Source of the DNA: Thermoanaerobaculia bacterium
GTDB lineage: Bacteria; Acidobacteriota; Thermoanaerobaculia; Multivoradales; JAIOJS01
Direction: 5' to 3'
Length of the DNA: 64,000 nt
Assembly: GCA_963837455.1 (NCBI GenBank)
Contig: CAWINM010000002.1
Span: 129,359-193,358, forward strand
This document shows, piece by piece, positions 30,360-41,048 of this stretch. Every line of letters begins with the position of its first letter. The first letter of the stretch is position 1. Position numbers and translations under genes: made by a program. The notes below the pieces were generated by a model that searched no databases, was not told the DNA's origin, and was given only the letters and a program-made list of their open reading frames with translations.

Positions 30360-30364
30360 CACCC

Positions 30365-31561
30365 TCAGCCGGTGCGCTCGACGAGCAGCGCCGTCCAGTC
30401 GTCGGCGTGCGGCGCGAGGCTGGTGGCGGCGACGGCGGCGAAGAGCCGGGCGAGGAGCTGGTCGCCGGAGGTAGCGGCGGCGGCGGCGAGGCGTTGCTCG
30501 AATGCGGCGTAGCCGAGCGGCTCCTCGCCGCCGGCCTGCGGCGCCTCGGGCAGGCCGTCGGTGAGGAAGACCAACCGCTCCCCGAGGTCGAGGGTGCCGC
30601 GCAGGGCTTCGTAGGCGACCCCGCGCTTGAGGCCGAGCGGCAGGCGCGGGCCGGGGACGACGAGCGGGCGCACGCCGCCGGCGGCGAGGTGATAGGGGTC
30701 GGGCAGGCCGGCGTTGGCGAACTCGAAGCGACCGCTCGCGGGGTCGAAGAGGAGGGCGGCGAGGGCGACGAACTCGCGGCTGCCGAGGGTGGCGACGAGA
30801 CGCTCGTTGAGGGCCGCGAGGATCGCCTCTGCGGTGCCGGTGGCGGCGGCGAAGACGAGCATGGCCTTGGCCGACGCCATCAGCAGGCTGGCGCCCATGC
30901 CCTTGCCGACGACGTCGGCGACCACCGCCACCAGCCGACCGTCGGCGAGCTGGAAGTGGTCGTAGAAGTCGCCGGCCACGAGGCCGGCAGGCTCGATGCG
31001 GGCGGCGAGCGTAAAGCCCTCGGCGATCAGGCGATCGGGCGGCAGCAGGCGGCGCTGGATGTCGCGCGCCGTCTCGAGCTCCTTCTCGGCGAACTCGGTC
31101 TCCTTGAGGCGGGCGATGCTGTCGGCGAGGCGGCCGCGCAGTGACTCGTAGGTGAAGATGGCGAGCCCGACGAAGAGGCCGAGGCCACCCTCGACCGCGA
31201 AGGCGGAGCGCCAGTTGACGGGCCCCGGTCGCACGTGGCCGAGGGACACCCACGGGATGGTCAGCGCGGCGAGGATCCAGCCGCACGCGCCGGCGACGAA
31301 GAAGACGAGCGCCAGCGACAGCTTGAGCCGCAACCCCGACAGCATCCCCAGGCGGGCACCGACGAGGGCCCCGAGGAGCACGGTGGCGCCGTAGATGCAG
31401 ACGCCGACGTAGGCACCGACGGCGAGCTGCAGGAGGAGCGGCGTGTCGCGGGAGCTCAGCCAGAAGAGCCAGGACACCGCCGCCCCGGCGAGGGCGGCGA
31501 GGAGCAGCAGGCGGCCGGCCTGGCGCCAGGAGCGCGGGAGCAGCATGCGAGGAGGCGACAT
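30365..31561 (-). CDS. Membrane SpoIIE/PP2C-family phosphatase
   Basis: About four TM helices, ELETARDIQ, VAGDFYD, ADVVGKG, NAG, TDGL, DDWT. Confidence 0.9.
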   Translation of the reverse strand: MSPPRMLLPRSWRQAGRLLLLAALAGAAVSWLFWLSSRDTPLLLQLAVGAYVGVCIYGATVLLGALVGARLGMLSGLRLKLSLALVFFVAGACGWILAALTIPWVSLGHVRPGPVNWRSAFAVEGGLGLFVGLAIFTYESLRGRLADSIARLKETEFAEKELETARDIQRRLLPPDRLIAEGFTLAARIEPAGLVAGDFYDHFQLADGRLVAVVADVVGKGMGASLLMASAKAMLVFAAATGTAEAILAALNERLVATLGSREFVALAALLFDPASGRFEFANAGLPDPYHLAAGGVRPLVVPGPRLPLGLKRGVAYEALRGTLDLGERLVFLTDGLPEAPQAGGEEPLGYAAFEQRLAAAAATSGDQLLARLFAAVAATSLAPHADDWTALLVERTG

Positions 31562-31708
31562 AGCGGTAGGGTGGGTGCGGACCCGGGAAGGATCCCCCGC
31601 TGGCCTGGCGGCGTCAACCGCCGGGCGCCAGCCGGGGCGCCGGCGACCGCGCCCGCAACCTTGCCGGCTCTCGCCCGTAGCAAGCCCTAAACCTCGAGGA
31701 GACGAGTC

Positions 31709-34700
31709 ATGCGCTTCGACGCCACCGTCCTCGCTCTGGCCCTCGCCCTGTCGGTCGCCCCCGGTCGTTCCCCCGCTGCACCGGCGGCGAGCCCGCCAAC
31801 GGTCGACGAGATCGTCGCCAGGTACGTCGCCGCCCACGGTGGCGCCGATCGCATGGCGGCCCTGCACTCGCTGCGGGTCACCGGCAAGCTGGTGGTCAAT
31901 GGCGGCAGCATCGAGGCCGCCTACGCGCAGGTGGTGAAGCGCCCCGCCATGGTGCGCTCCGAGCTCACGCTGCAGGGCCTCTCGGTGGTCAACGCCTACG
32001 ACGGCCAGGTGGGGTGGAGCGTGAACCCCTTCGGCGGCCGCCGCGACCCGGAGCAGCAGTCGGCCGACGACGTCAAGTCGCTGGCCCAGCAGGCCGACAT
32101 CGACGGGCCGCTCGTCGACTGGCGGGCAAAAGGCCACAAGGTCGAGTACCTGGGCAGCGAGGACGTCGACGGCACGCCGGCGCACAAGCTGCGCGTCGAG
32201 CTCAAGGACGGCGACACCCAGTACTACTACCTCGACCCCGACTATTACCTCGAGATCCGCGTCGAGACGGTCTCGCGGGTGCGCGGCGCCGAGCAGGTCC
32301 GCGTCAGCGACCTCGGCAGCTACGAGCAGGTCGACGGGGTGTGGATGCCGTTCTCGATCGAGAGCGGCAGCAAGGGCGAGCCCCCGAGCTCCTTCCTCAC
32401 CATCGAGACCGCCGAGCCCAACGTCGAGGTCGACGACGCCATCTTCCACTTCCCGGCGGCGGGCACGCCGGTGACGCGGATGGTGGTGGCGGCGCCGGGG
32501 GCGGCCGACAAGGTGTGGCCGTCGACCGCGCCCGCCGCGGCGAACCTGACGCCGCCGGTGGTGGACTCCGCCGCCATCTCCGGTCTCGGCGCGCGCAACA
32601 TCGGCTCCGCCGCGATGAGCGGCCGCATCGCCGCCGTCGCCGGCGCACAACGAAGGCGGCAAGACGACACTGTTCGTGGGCGCGGCGAGCGGCGGCGTGT
32701 GGAAGTCGCTCGACGGCGGCACCACCTTCAAGCCGGTCTTCGACAAGCAGCCGGTGCAGTCGATCGGCGCCGTCGCCATCGATCCCTCGAACGCCAAGAC
32801 GGTGTGGGTGGGCACCGGCGAGTCGTGGATGCGCAACTCGGTCTCGGTCGGCGACGGCATCTACAAGTCCACCGACGGCGGCGAGACCTGGTCGAACATG
32901 GGCCTGCCCGAGTCCGAGCGCATCATGCGCATCCTCGTCGCACCCGCAAGGACAGCGACATCGTCTACGCCTGCGTGCCCGGCAAGCTGTGGAGCGACAG
33001 CGCCGAGCGCGGCCTCTACAAGACCACCGACGGCGGCAAGACCTGGACGCTGATGCTCAAGGGCGCGAACCTGTCGACCGGCTGCTCGGGCCTGACCATG
33101 GATCCCGGCGAACCCCGATGAGCTGTTCGCCGGGCATGTGGGACTTCCGCCGCAAGGGCTGGACGTTCCGTTCCGGCGGCGACGGGCCCGAAGGCGCCGA
33201 GCGGCAGCGGCCTCTACCGCACGGCCGACGGCGGCAAGACCTGGACGGCGCTCGCCGCCGGCAACGCGACGGGCCTGCCGGCGGGGCCCTGGGGCCGCGT
33301 CGAGGTCGCCGTCGCGCCGTCCGACGCCGAAGATCGTCTACGCGCTCATCGAGTCCACGCGACTCCGCGCTCTACCGCTCCGACGACGGCGGCAAGACCT
33401 GGGAGGAGCGCGACCGCAGCCAGTGCATGGTGTGGCGGCCCTTCTACTTCGCCAGCCTGGTCGTCGATCCCACCAACCCCGAGCGCCTGTTCAAGCCCGA
33501 CGGCGCCCTCATCGTCAGCGAGGACGGCGGCAAGAGCTTCTCGCGTGAGCAGGGCGGCGCCCACGGCGACTGGCACGACATGTGGATCGATCCCGACAAC
33601 CCGAAGCACGTCATCGGCGGCGACGACGGCGGCCTGTGGATCTCGCTACGACGGCGGCAACCGCTGGTGGAAGTGCGACAACCTGCCGATCTCGCAGTTC
33701 TATCACGTGGCCGTCGACGACAGCGATCCCTACCAGGTCTACGGCGGCCTGCAGGACAACAGCTCCTGGGTCGGCGACTCCGCCTATCCGGGCGGCATCA
33801 CCAACTCGCGCTGGGAGAACCTCTACGGCGGCGACGGCTTCTGGGCCTTCGCCGACCCGACCGATCCCGACTCCGTCTACGCCGAGTCGCAGGGCGGCTA
33901 CATCGCGCGCGTCAACCGCCAGCACGCTGGCGCAGCCGCGACATCCAGCCCAAGGCGGGCTACCACGAGAAGCTGCGCTTCAACTGGAACACGCCGATCG
34001 CCGTCAGCCCGACGCAGAAGGGCACGCTCTACATCGGCGCGCAGTTCCTGTTCCGCTCGCGCGATCACGGCGACAGCTGGGAGCGCATCTCGCCCGACCT
34101 CACCACCAACGACCCCGAGAAGCAGAAGCAGGAGGAGTCGGGCGGCGTCACCGTCGACAACTCGGCGGCCGAGATGTACACGACGATCTACTCGATCAGC
34201 GAGTCGCCGCACGACGCCAACGTGATCTGGGTCGGCACCGACGACGGCAACGTGCAGCTCACGCGCGACGGCGGCAAGAACTGGACCAACGTCGTGCGCC
34301 AACGTCAAGGGGCTGCCGCCGGGCGCGTGGGTGAGCTGGGTGGAGGCGAGCCGCTTCGACGCCGGCCACCGCCTACGTCGCCTTCGACCGCCACACCTTC
34401 GGCGACATCGATGCCGTGGGTCTACCGCACCGACGACTACGGCAGGAGCTGGACGCGCATCGTCGGCGCCGACGCGGGCGTGCGCGGCTACGCCCACGTC
34501 ATCGCGCGAGGACCGCGTGCAGAAGTCGCTGCTGTTCCTCGGCACCGAGTTCGGCCTGTGGATCTCGCTCGACGGCGGCGGCCACTGGGCGGAGTTCAAG
34601 GGCGGCAACTTCCCGAGCGTGGCGGTGCGCGACCTCGCCATCCAGGCGCGCGACAACGATCTCGTCATCGCGCACCCACGGCCGCGGCATCTGGATCGTC

Positions 34701-35613
34701 GACGACCTGACGCCGCTGCGCGCGCTGAGCGCCGAGACGCTGGCGCAGGCGGCGGCCTTCCTGCCCGGGCGGCCGGTCCAGCAGCGGATCCCGGCCAACG
34801 GCGGCTGGGTCGAAGGCGACGCCAAGTTCGTCGGGCCAGAACCCGCCAAGACGGCGCCGTCATCACCTACTACCAGCGCACGCGCCACCTGTTCGGGCCG
34901 ATCAAGCTCGAGGTGCTCGACGCCGAGGGCAAGGTCGTCGACACGCTCCCCGCCGAGCAAGCGCCGCGGCATCAACCGCGTCGTGTGGACGATGCGGTCA
35001 AGCCGCCGCGCGTGCCGCGCGCGGCGCAGGTCGCCTTCACCGCGACGCAGCGGCCCGCGCGTGCTGCCGGGCACCTACACCGTGCGCCTGACCAAGGGCG
35101 AGCGAGGTCATCGAGAGCAAGCTCGACGATCGGCCTCGACCGCCGCGCGACCTACAGCGCCGCCGACCGCAAGCGCCCAGTACGACGGCGGTGATGCGGG
35201 CGCACGCGCTGTTCGGCGAGATGAGCGACCTCGTCGACCGCATCGACGCCGTGCACGCGGCCGCCGCGGCACGCGCGCAAGCCGCTGGCGGCGACGGACG
35301 CCCTCGGGCAGAAGCTGCGGCGGCTCGTCGACGACGCTCGACGCGCGTCAAGCAGGAGATCGTCGCCACCAAGGAGGGCGGCGCGATCACCGGCGAGGAG
35401 CGCATCCGCGAGCACCTCGACACCGCCTACGGCGCGCTCATCTGCTAGGAGGGCCGGCCCGGCGACTACCAGATCGAGCGCGTCGAGGTGCTGCGCCGCG
35501 AGCTCGGCGACGTCGCCAAGGAGCTCGACAGCCTGGTCACCGGGACGGTGAAGCCGCTCGACCAGGAGCTCGTCAAGCGCGGCCTGGCGGCGATCGCACC
35601 GCCGTCGCCGTAG
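31709..35613 (+). CDS. Secreted LolA-like domain fused to a VPS10/BNR-repeat glycosyl-hydrolase-like protein; many frameshifts
   Basis: Signal peptide; ARNIGSAAMSGRI; repeated SxDGGxTW BNR boxes; GGLQDN; RFNWNTPI. Pieces alternate among frames from about 32650; internal TAG at 35446. Confidence 0.8.
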
Positions 35614-35756
35614 GAGCTTCCTCCGCCCGCGACGAGGCTGGAGGCCCGACTCTGTCGGCGCAGCGAGCGCCGGCAGGCTCGGGGTATCGGAGGTGTCGCA
35701 GGTGTGGCAGGTGTCGCGGCGAGGTGCCTCTGCGCGGCACCGGTGGGGCTCGCGGG

Positions 35757-37586
35757 TCAGGTGAGCAGGAAGCGCATCCCCGCCCGCGCCTCCGCCCGCC
35801 GCGCGTCGTAGCGCTGCTCCTCGAACCAGCGCCGCAGCGGCTCGCTCACCACCAGCACCATCGGGCGCGGTTGCCAGCGCACGACGTCGCCACTGCGGGC
35901 GTCGACCACCGCGCCGGCCTCGACCCGGCTGGTGGCCGCCGCCAGCGGCACGCCGGCGAGCGCCTCGCGCAGGGCGTCGAAGGTGGCGTCGTCGCGGGGG
36001 TCGACGAAGTGCACGTACTTCGTCGACTGCGAGGCGAGGTGATAGTGGCTGGGGGTGAAGGTGAGACCGTCGAGGTGCAACCGGTGGCAGACCTGGACGA
36101 GCAACGCCACCGCGTCGGCGAGCATGCCGAGACCCGGGTAGCGCTGGCCGGGCAACGGTGGACGGTGGCGGGTGAAGGTGGCGCGCGGGTTCTGCAGCAG
36201 CAGCCACTCGACGGCGAGCAGCTCGAAGCCGGGGAGGGTCCGGCGGTCGCGCCGCGCGCGCAGCTCGACGAGCAGGTGGTGGCGTCGCGGCTCGCCCCAG
36301 ACGCGCAGGGTGTCGCCGTGGCTGCCCGCGAGGTCGAGCTCGAGCGTCGGCTGCTCGAAGCCGAGGTCGCGCAGGCGGTCGAAGACGCCGCTGCTCTCGA
36401 GCACCAGCTCGATGCCGTGGGCGGTGTAGTAGTCGAGGAAGCGGCTGCCGCGCCCCACGGCAGGCAGCGAGCCGAGGATGTCCTCCTCGCTGAGGCCCCA
36501 GCCGCCGTCGCCGCTCTCGCCGCTGAGCTCGCCCGGCGAGAGCAGGCGGGCGATGGCGCGGTAACGCGCCAGCAACACCTCGTCGTCGGACGGTGGCTCG
36601 ACGGCGCGGCGGCCGTCGCTGGCGAGCCAGGCGAGGAAGCGTGCGGTGTAGCGCCACGAGCGCTCGCCGTAGCCGCCGGCCAGCAGCACCACCAGCGCCG
36701 GGCCACCCCGCGCGCCGGGGCCGCGGACGAGCTCGGCGACGTAGCGGTCGCGCGCCAGCATGCCGGCGGCGGTGAGCTGCCAGTCGCCGAGCGCGTCGTC
36801 GGCGGCGGGGTCGCAGCCGGCGAGATAGAAGACCAGGTCCGGCTGCTGGGAGGCCAGCACCGGCGGCAGGGTGTCGCGCAGCTTGGCGAGGAAGGTGTCG
36901 TCGCCGACGCCGCTGCCGAGCTCGATCGCCGTGCTGGCCACCGCCGCCGGCTCGTCCCAGTTGCGGTTGTGCAGGGAGTAGGTGTAGACGGTGGGGTCGG
37001 TAGCGAAGAGCGCCCGCGTGCCGTCGCCGTCGTGGAGGTCGAGGTCGACGACCAGCACGCGCCCGCCGAAGCCGCGACGGCGCAGCACCGCCACCGCCAC
37101 CGCGACGTCGTTGAAGAGGCAGAAGCCGCCGCCGTGGTCGCGGTGGGCGTGGTGCAGGCCGCCACCGAGGTTGAAGGCGATGCCGCGTTCGGCGAGCGCG
37201 TGTCGCGCCGCGGCCAGCGTGCCGCCGGTCATCGCCCGTTGCACCTCGAGGGCGCGCTCGCGCTGGACCTCGCTGAGGGCGAGGCCGAAGGCGCGCTCGT
37301 AGGGGGCAGCCTCGGCGAGGGTCTCGAGGTACTCGCGGTCGTGCACGCGCAGGAGCGCGCGCAGGGTCGCCCGCGGCGGCGCGGTCACCGGCTCGGCGCC
37401 GCGCAGGAGCCCCATCAGCTCGAGCGCCGCGAGCACCTTCTCGGCCCGCAGCGGGTCGAGCGGCGAGCTCTGGAGTGCGAGGGTGTAGCCGCGGTCGTAG
37501 TAGAGCGGAGGCAGGCGCCGGCGCCGCCCGAGCGGCAGCATGTCGCGCCAGCGCCGCCGGGTGCCGCTCGCCGCCGAGGCCGCCAC
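35757..37586 (-). CDS. Histone deacetylase-family protein with a long C-terminal extension
   Basis: GGGLHHA, GFCLFND, DLDLHDGDG, GCD..DD.LG, AGGY. Alternative start at 37541. Confidence 0.9.
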   Translation of the reverse strand: MAASAASGTRRRWRDMLPLGRRRRLPPLYYDRGYTLALQSSPLDPLRAEKVLAALELMGLLRGAEPVTAPPRATLRALLRVHDREYLETLAEAAPYERAFGLALSEVQRERALEVQRAMTGGTLAAARHALAERGIAFNLGGGLHHAHRDHGGGFCLFNDVAVAVAVLRRRGFGGRVLVVDLDLHDGDGTRALFATDPTVYTYSLHNRNWDEPAAVASTAIELGSGVGDDTFLAKLRDTLPPVLASQQPDLVFYLAGCDPAADDALGDWQLTAAGMLARDRYVAELVRGPGARGGPALVVLLAGGYGERSWRYTARFLAWLASDGRRAVEPPSDDEVLLARYRAIARLLSPGELSGESGDGGWGLSEEDILGSLPAVGRGSRFLDYYTAHGIELVLESSGVFDRLRDLGFEQPTLELDLAGSHGDTLRVWGEPRRHHLLVELRARRDRRTLPGFELLAVEWLLLQNPRATFTRHRPPLPGQRYPGLGMLADAVALLVQVCHRLHLDGLTFTPSHYHLASQSTKYVHFVDPRDDATFDALREALAGVPLAAATSRVEAGAVVDARSGDVVRWQPRPMVLVVSEPLRRWFEEQRYDARRAEARAGMRFLLT

Positions 37587-37892
37587 TCAGGCTCCCGCCA
37601 GGGGCACGCGCAGGCGCGCCCAGGTCGCGCCCCAGCCGCCCGCCTCGGGCGGAGCATCGCCGAAGGCCTCCACCCGAGCGTCGCGCTCGAGGATGCGGCG
37701 CACCGTCTGTCGCTGCACGCCGATGCCGCGGCCGTGGACGATGCGTACCTGGGCGAAGCCGTGGTCGACGGCAAGGTCGAGGTAGTCGCGCACCAGCGCC
37801 CCGACCTCGGCGGGCGGGAAGCTGTGGAGGTCGAGCACGTCGGTCATCTCGAGCTCGATGGGTGCTGCGGGGTCGGCGTCCTCGTCGTCCAT
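37587..37892 (-). CDS. Stand-alone Smr domain protein
   Basis: LDLH, RIVHGRGIG, GGWGAT. Confidence 0.9.
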   Translation of the reverse strand: MDDEDADPAAPIELEMTDVLDLHSFPPAEVGALVRDYLDLAVDHGFAQVRIVHGRGIGVQRQTVRRILERDARVEAFGDAPPEAGGWGATWARLRVPLAGA

Positions 37893-38007
37893 GGGGCGAT
37901 GCTACGCCCGCCGCGGCGTGGGCGTCCCGCACGGGGACGCACCGGGCTCGTCCCACCGCGGCGTGCCAGGTGGCGCCAACGGGGCGGACCGGCCGCCCCG
38001 GCGCCGC

Positions 38008-40929
38008 TCACCGGAAGAGCTTCAGGAAGACCAGGTAAGCGACGATGCCGTCGTCGGGACCGGCGAGCGCCTTGCCGAGGTCGACCTGCACCACCGTCTG
38101 CCACGGGCCCATGAAGGAGCCGGCGATGCCGCCGCCGGCGAGCAGCTCGTTCTTCAGGCCGCTCGCCTCGTCGGTGGCCCAGGCAGCGTCGCCCACCAGG
38201 TCGAGGCGCACGATCTCGCCGATGCCGATGCCGTAGGAGGCGTGGGCGGCGTAGGCCTTGTCGGCGCGCACCCGCCCCGACGAGTAGCCGTGCACGCGGC
38301 TGGCGCCGAAGAAGCCGAACTGGTACCTGCTGAAGCGGTCGAGGTCGCGGCCGTCCTCGTAGTCCGCCTCCAGGCCGAGGCGCTGGAAGCGCGGCAGGTA
38401 CCAGCTCTTCGCCGCCCGCACGTCCCACTGCACGAAGTCCTTGCTGTTGGGGTCGAAGTCGCTGTTGGGCAGCCCCCAGCGCTCCCACTGCGAACGGCGG
38501 TTCCAGCTGCCGCTGGCGGTGAGGCGGTACCCGGCGCGGCTGAACCGCCCCTCGAGCTCGAAGGAGTGGAGGAAGTGGTTGTCCGGGAGGACGAAGTCCT
38601 TGGCGGTGTCGCTGTCGCGCTGGAACCGGAAGTAGGAGACCTCGTAGGTGGCGCCGAGGTGGAAGAAGCCCCCGACGGGATGCCCGAGGTGGAACGCCAC
38701 GTGGCCGGGGTAGGTCTTGACCGTCTCGGCCTTGACCTCCTGGTTGTCGCGGAAGAGGCGGTCGGAGGTGGCGATGGCGAGCGCGAAGGCGTCGGCGCCG
38801 ACGTCGAAGCGCGTGCCGCGCACCTTGGGCTGGGCGATGTTGCCCTGCAACAGCGCGCCGCCGAAGAAGAGGTTCGCCTGCTGCCCGCTGCCCTTGAGGT
38901 CGAAGGTGAAGTAGTTGATGCCGGCGAGCGGCAGCGGGTAGTCGAGGGCGTCGTCGTAGAAGACGCCGCCGAGCAGGAACACCTTCTTGGTGTCGTAGCC
39001 CTCCTTGACCACCCGCTGAGCGCTGCCGGGCTCCTTGACCAGGTAGCGCATGCCGTGCGGGGTGTCGCGCACCATGGTGACGTCGCTCGCCTGCACCTGC
39101 GCCAGCTGCTGGTCGAACTCGGCGCCGTTGAGCACCAGGTCGGAGAGCACCGTCTCGCGCTCGACGACGGTGGTGGCGTTGACCACCGAGAGGAGCTGCT
39201 GCCCCACCACCCGTAGCGGCAGCCAGAATGCGTCGGGAGCCCACGCCGCCGCCTTGCCGTGGTCGTCGACGGGCGAGTAGTAGAGCGTCTCCTCGTTGGA
39301 GATCACCTCGCCGGTGAGGCCCACCTGCAGGCCGCGCGTGCGCACGCGGCCGTAGTGCTCGCGGTCGACCCACACGGTGCCCTGGAACAGCTTGCCGCTG
39401 GCGGCGGCTGCCGGGTCGGCGGGGGCGAAGTCGATCACCCACACCGGTCGCCCGTCGAGGGTGTCGGTGCCGCGCAGCTGGTAGCGGTACTCGCGCGTGA
39501 AGTGGATCTCGAGCGGCATCGCCGCCGCCTTCTCGGGCTGAATGAGCGGGATCTCGGGAAGCTTCGAGCCGCGCCAGCGCACGCCATTGATGAGCAGCTC
39601 CTTCCACGCCCAGTCGAAGGCGCCGCCCTGGCGGAAGAAGAACGGACCGCGGAAGGTGGCCTCGACGGCCTGACTGCCGGCGCCCTGGAAGCGCAGGCTG
39701 GTGGTGTTGGTGGCCTGGTAGTGGTCGAGACGCCGCGCCTGGGCGTCCTCGAAGGCCTGCAGCCGGCGCAGGATCTCCTCGATCGGGATCTGTCGCTCGG
39801 TCTCCACCTCGGCGGTGCCGCGGATGGTCTGCAGGTCGGGCGCCTCGCGGCGCGCCAGCCGGATGAGGGCGACCGGCGCCGAGATGCGCAGCCGCACCCC
39901 TTGCGGGCCGGAGGCGCCAGACACCGCCTTCGCCTCGCCTGTCTGCAGGCTCACCACCTCGGGCGCGGTGAGCGTGGGGTCGTCGAAGGCGAGGGCCAGC
40001 GGTTCCTCGCCGGGCCGCCGCGCGATGACCCGCAGGCCGAGGTCCTTGGCGCGCGCGAACGACCAGGTGGAGGTGGGGCTCGACGAGGCGTCGAAGGCGA
40101 GGTCCCCCTTGGTCTCGTTGGCGAGCACGGCGAGCGGCGCCAGCGCCGGCGCCGGCGAGGGGACGTCGAAGAACGAGATGCCGACGCCGAGGGCGCCGAG
40201 GCGCGCCGCCTCGGCCACCGTCAGCTCGCCCGGTGAGGGCCAGGGGAGCCCGGCGACGGCCACCGGACGGCCGGGGTCGAGCTCCTCGAGCGCGGCGAGG
40301 CTCTGGCGCAGCGGCTCGTCCGCGGCGGGTCCCTGCAGCACGATGCCGTCGGCGTAGGCGGCGAGGTCCTGCGCGTAGAGGGTGCGCAGGCTTTCGGGGT
40401 CGGCGGGAAGCGGGCCGGTGAGCACGCGCGCGTCGGTGAGGGCGCCGGTCACCACCACGGCGGCCCGCTTGAGCAGGAAGGCGTACTGGACGAGACGGTC
40501 GGCGGGGTCGGCCTGGGGGGCGGAATCGACCAGAGGCTCCCAGACGATCTCGAAGTGGAGCAGCGGCCCGGCGTTCTTGGCCACCGTGGCGAGCCCGGCG
40601 AGCTCGCGCTCGAGGTCGGCGACGTGCTCGACGAGCGGCGAGGGGGTGTGGAAGACGACCTCCACCCATGGGGTGCCGCCGGCCGCGGCCACCGCCTGCG
40701 CCGCCGCCGGATCCCAGTCGGCGAGCGCCTCGTGCCGCCAGCGCACGTAGAGGCGGGCGTCGTCGGCGAGCCGTGGTGCCTGCGCGAGCGCCGCGACGAT
40801 CTCGGCGGGCGAGCCGGCGGTCACTCCTGCGCAGGGCTTGCAAGAGGGAGCGGCGGCGAGCGCCGTCGCGGGCAGGAGCAGCAGCGCGGCGAGGACGAGG
40901 CTGCGGTGGAGGGCGGCGAAGGCTCTCAT
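38008..40929 (-). CDS. Large exported or outer-membrane protein of unknown function
   Basis: Signal peptide; central LolA/RseB-like strands (YRYQLRG...VWVIDF...GTVWVD); amphipathic beta-strands at the C-terminus. Confidence 0.7.
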   Translation of the reverse strand: MRAFAALHRSLVLAALLLLPATALAAAPSCKPCAGVTAGSPAEIVAALAQAPRLADDARLYVRWRHEALADWDPAAAQAVAAAGGTPWVEVVFHTPSPLVEHVADLERELAGLATVAKNAGPLLHFEIVWEPLVDSAPQADPADRLVQYAFLLKRAAVVVTGALTDARVLTGPLPADPESLRTLYAQDLAAYADGIVLQGPAADEPLRQSLAALEELDPGRPVAVAGLPWPSPGELTVAEAARLGALGVGISFFDVPSPAPALAPLAVLANETKGDLAFDASSSPTSTWSFARAKDLGLRVIARRPGEEPLALAFDDPTLTAPEVVSLQTGEAKAVSGASGPQGVRLRISAPVALIRLARREAPDLQTIRGTAEVETERQIPIEEILRRLQAFEDAQARRLDHYQATNTTSLRFQGAGSQAVEATFRGPFFFRQGGAFDWAWKELLINGVRWRGSKLPEIPLIQPEKAAAMPLEIHFTREYRYQLRGTDTLDGRPVWVIDFAPADPAAAASGKLFQGTVWVDREHYGRVRTRGLQVGLTGEVISNEETLYYSPVDDHGKAAAWAPDAFWLPLRVVGQQLLSVVNATTVVERETVLSDLVLNGAEFDQQLAQVQASDVTMVRDTPHGMRYLVKEPGSAQRVVKEGYDTKKVFLLGGVFYDDALDYPLPLAGINYFTFDLKGSGQQANLFFGGALLQGNIAQPKVRGTRFDVGADAFALAIATSDRLFRDNQEVKAETVKTYPGHVAFHLGHPVGGFFHLGATYEVSYFRFQRDSDTAKDFVLPDNHFLHSFELEGRFSRAGYRLTASGSWNRRSQWERWGLPNSDFDPNSKDFVQWDVRAAKSWYLPRFQRLGLEADYEDGRDLDRFSRYQFGFFGASRVHGYSSGRVRADKAYAAHASYGIGIGEIVRLDLVGDAAWATDEASGLKNELLAGGGIAGSFMGPWQTVVQVDLGKALAGPDDGIVAYLVFLKLFR

Positions 40930-41048
40930 GGCGCGCAAGGATACGGGCCGGCGGTGGCGTTGTCACGGTGCGGCGGCAGGGATCGGCACACGCCTCTGTG
41001 GCATCCCGCATTCCGCGGCGCTCCCGGCCGGAGTAGCATCGGCGCGTC

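Noticed and set aside
35692-35720. Short 9-bp tandem repeat (aggtgtcgc-like, three copies) between convergent genes
   Set aside because: Too short and degenerate to support a function.
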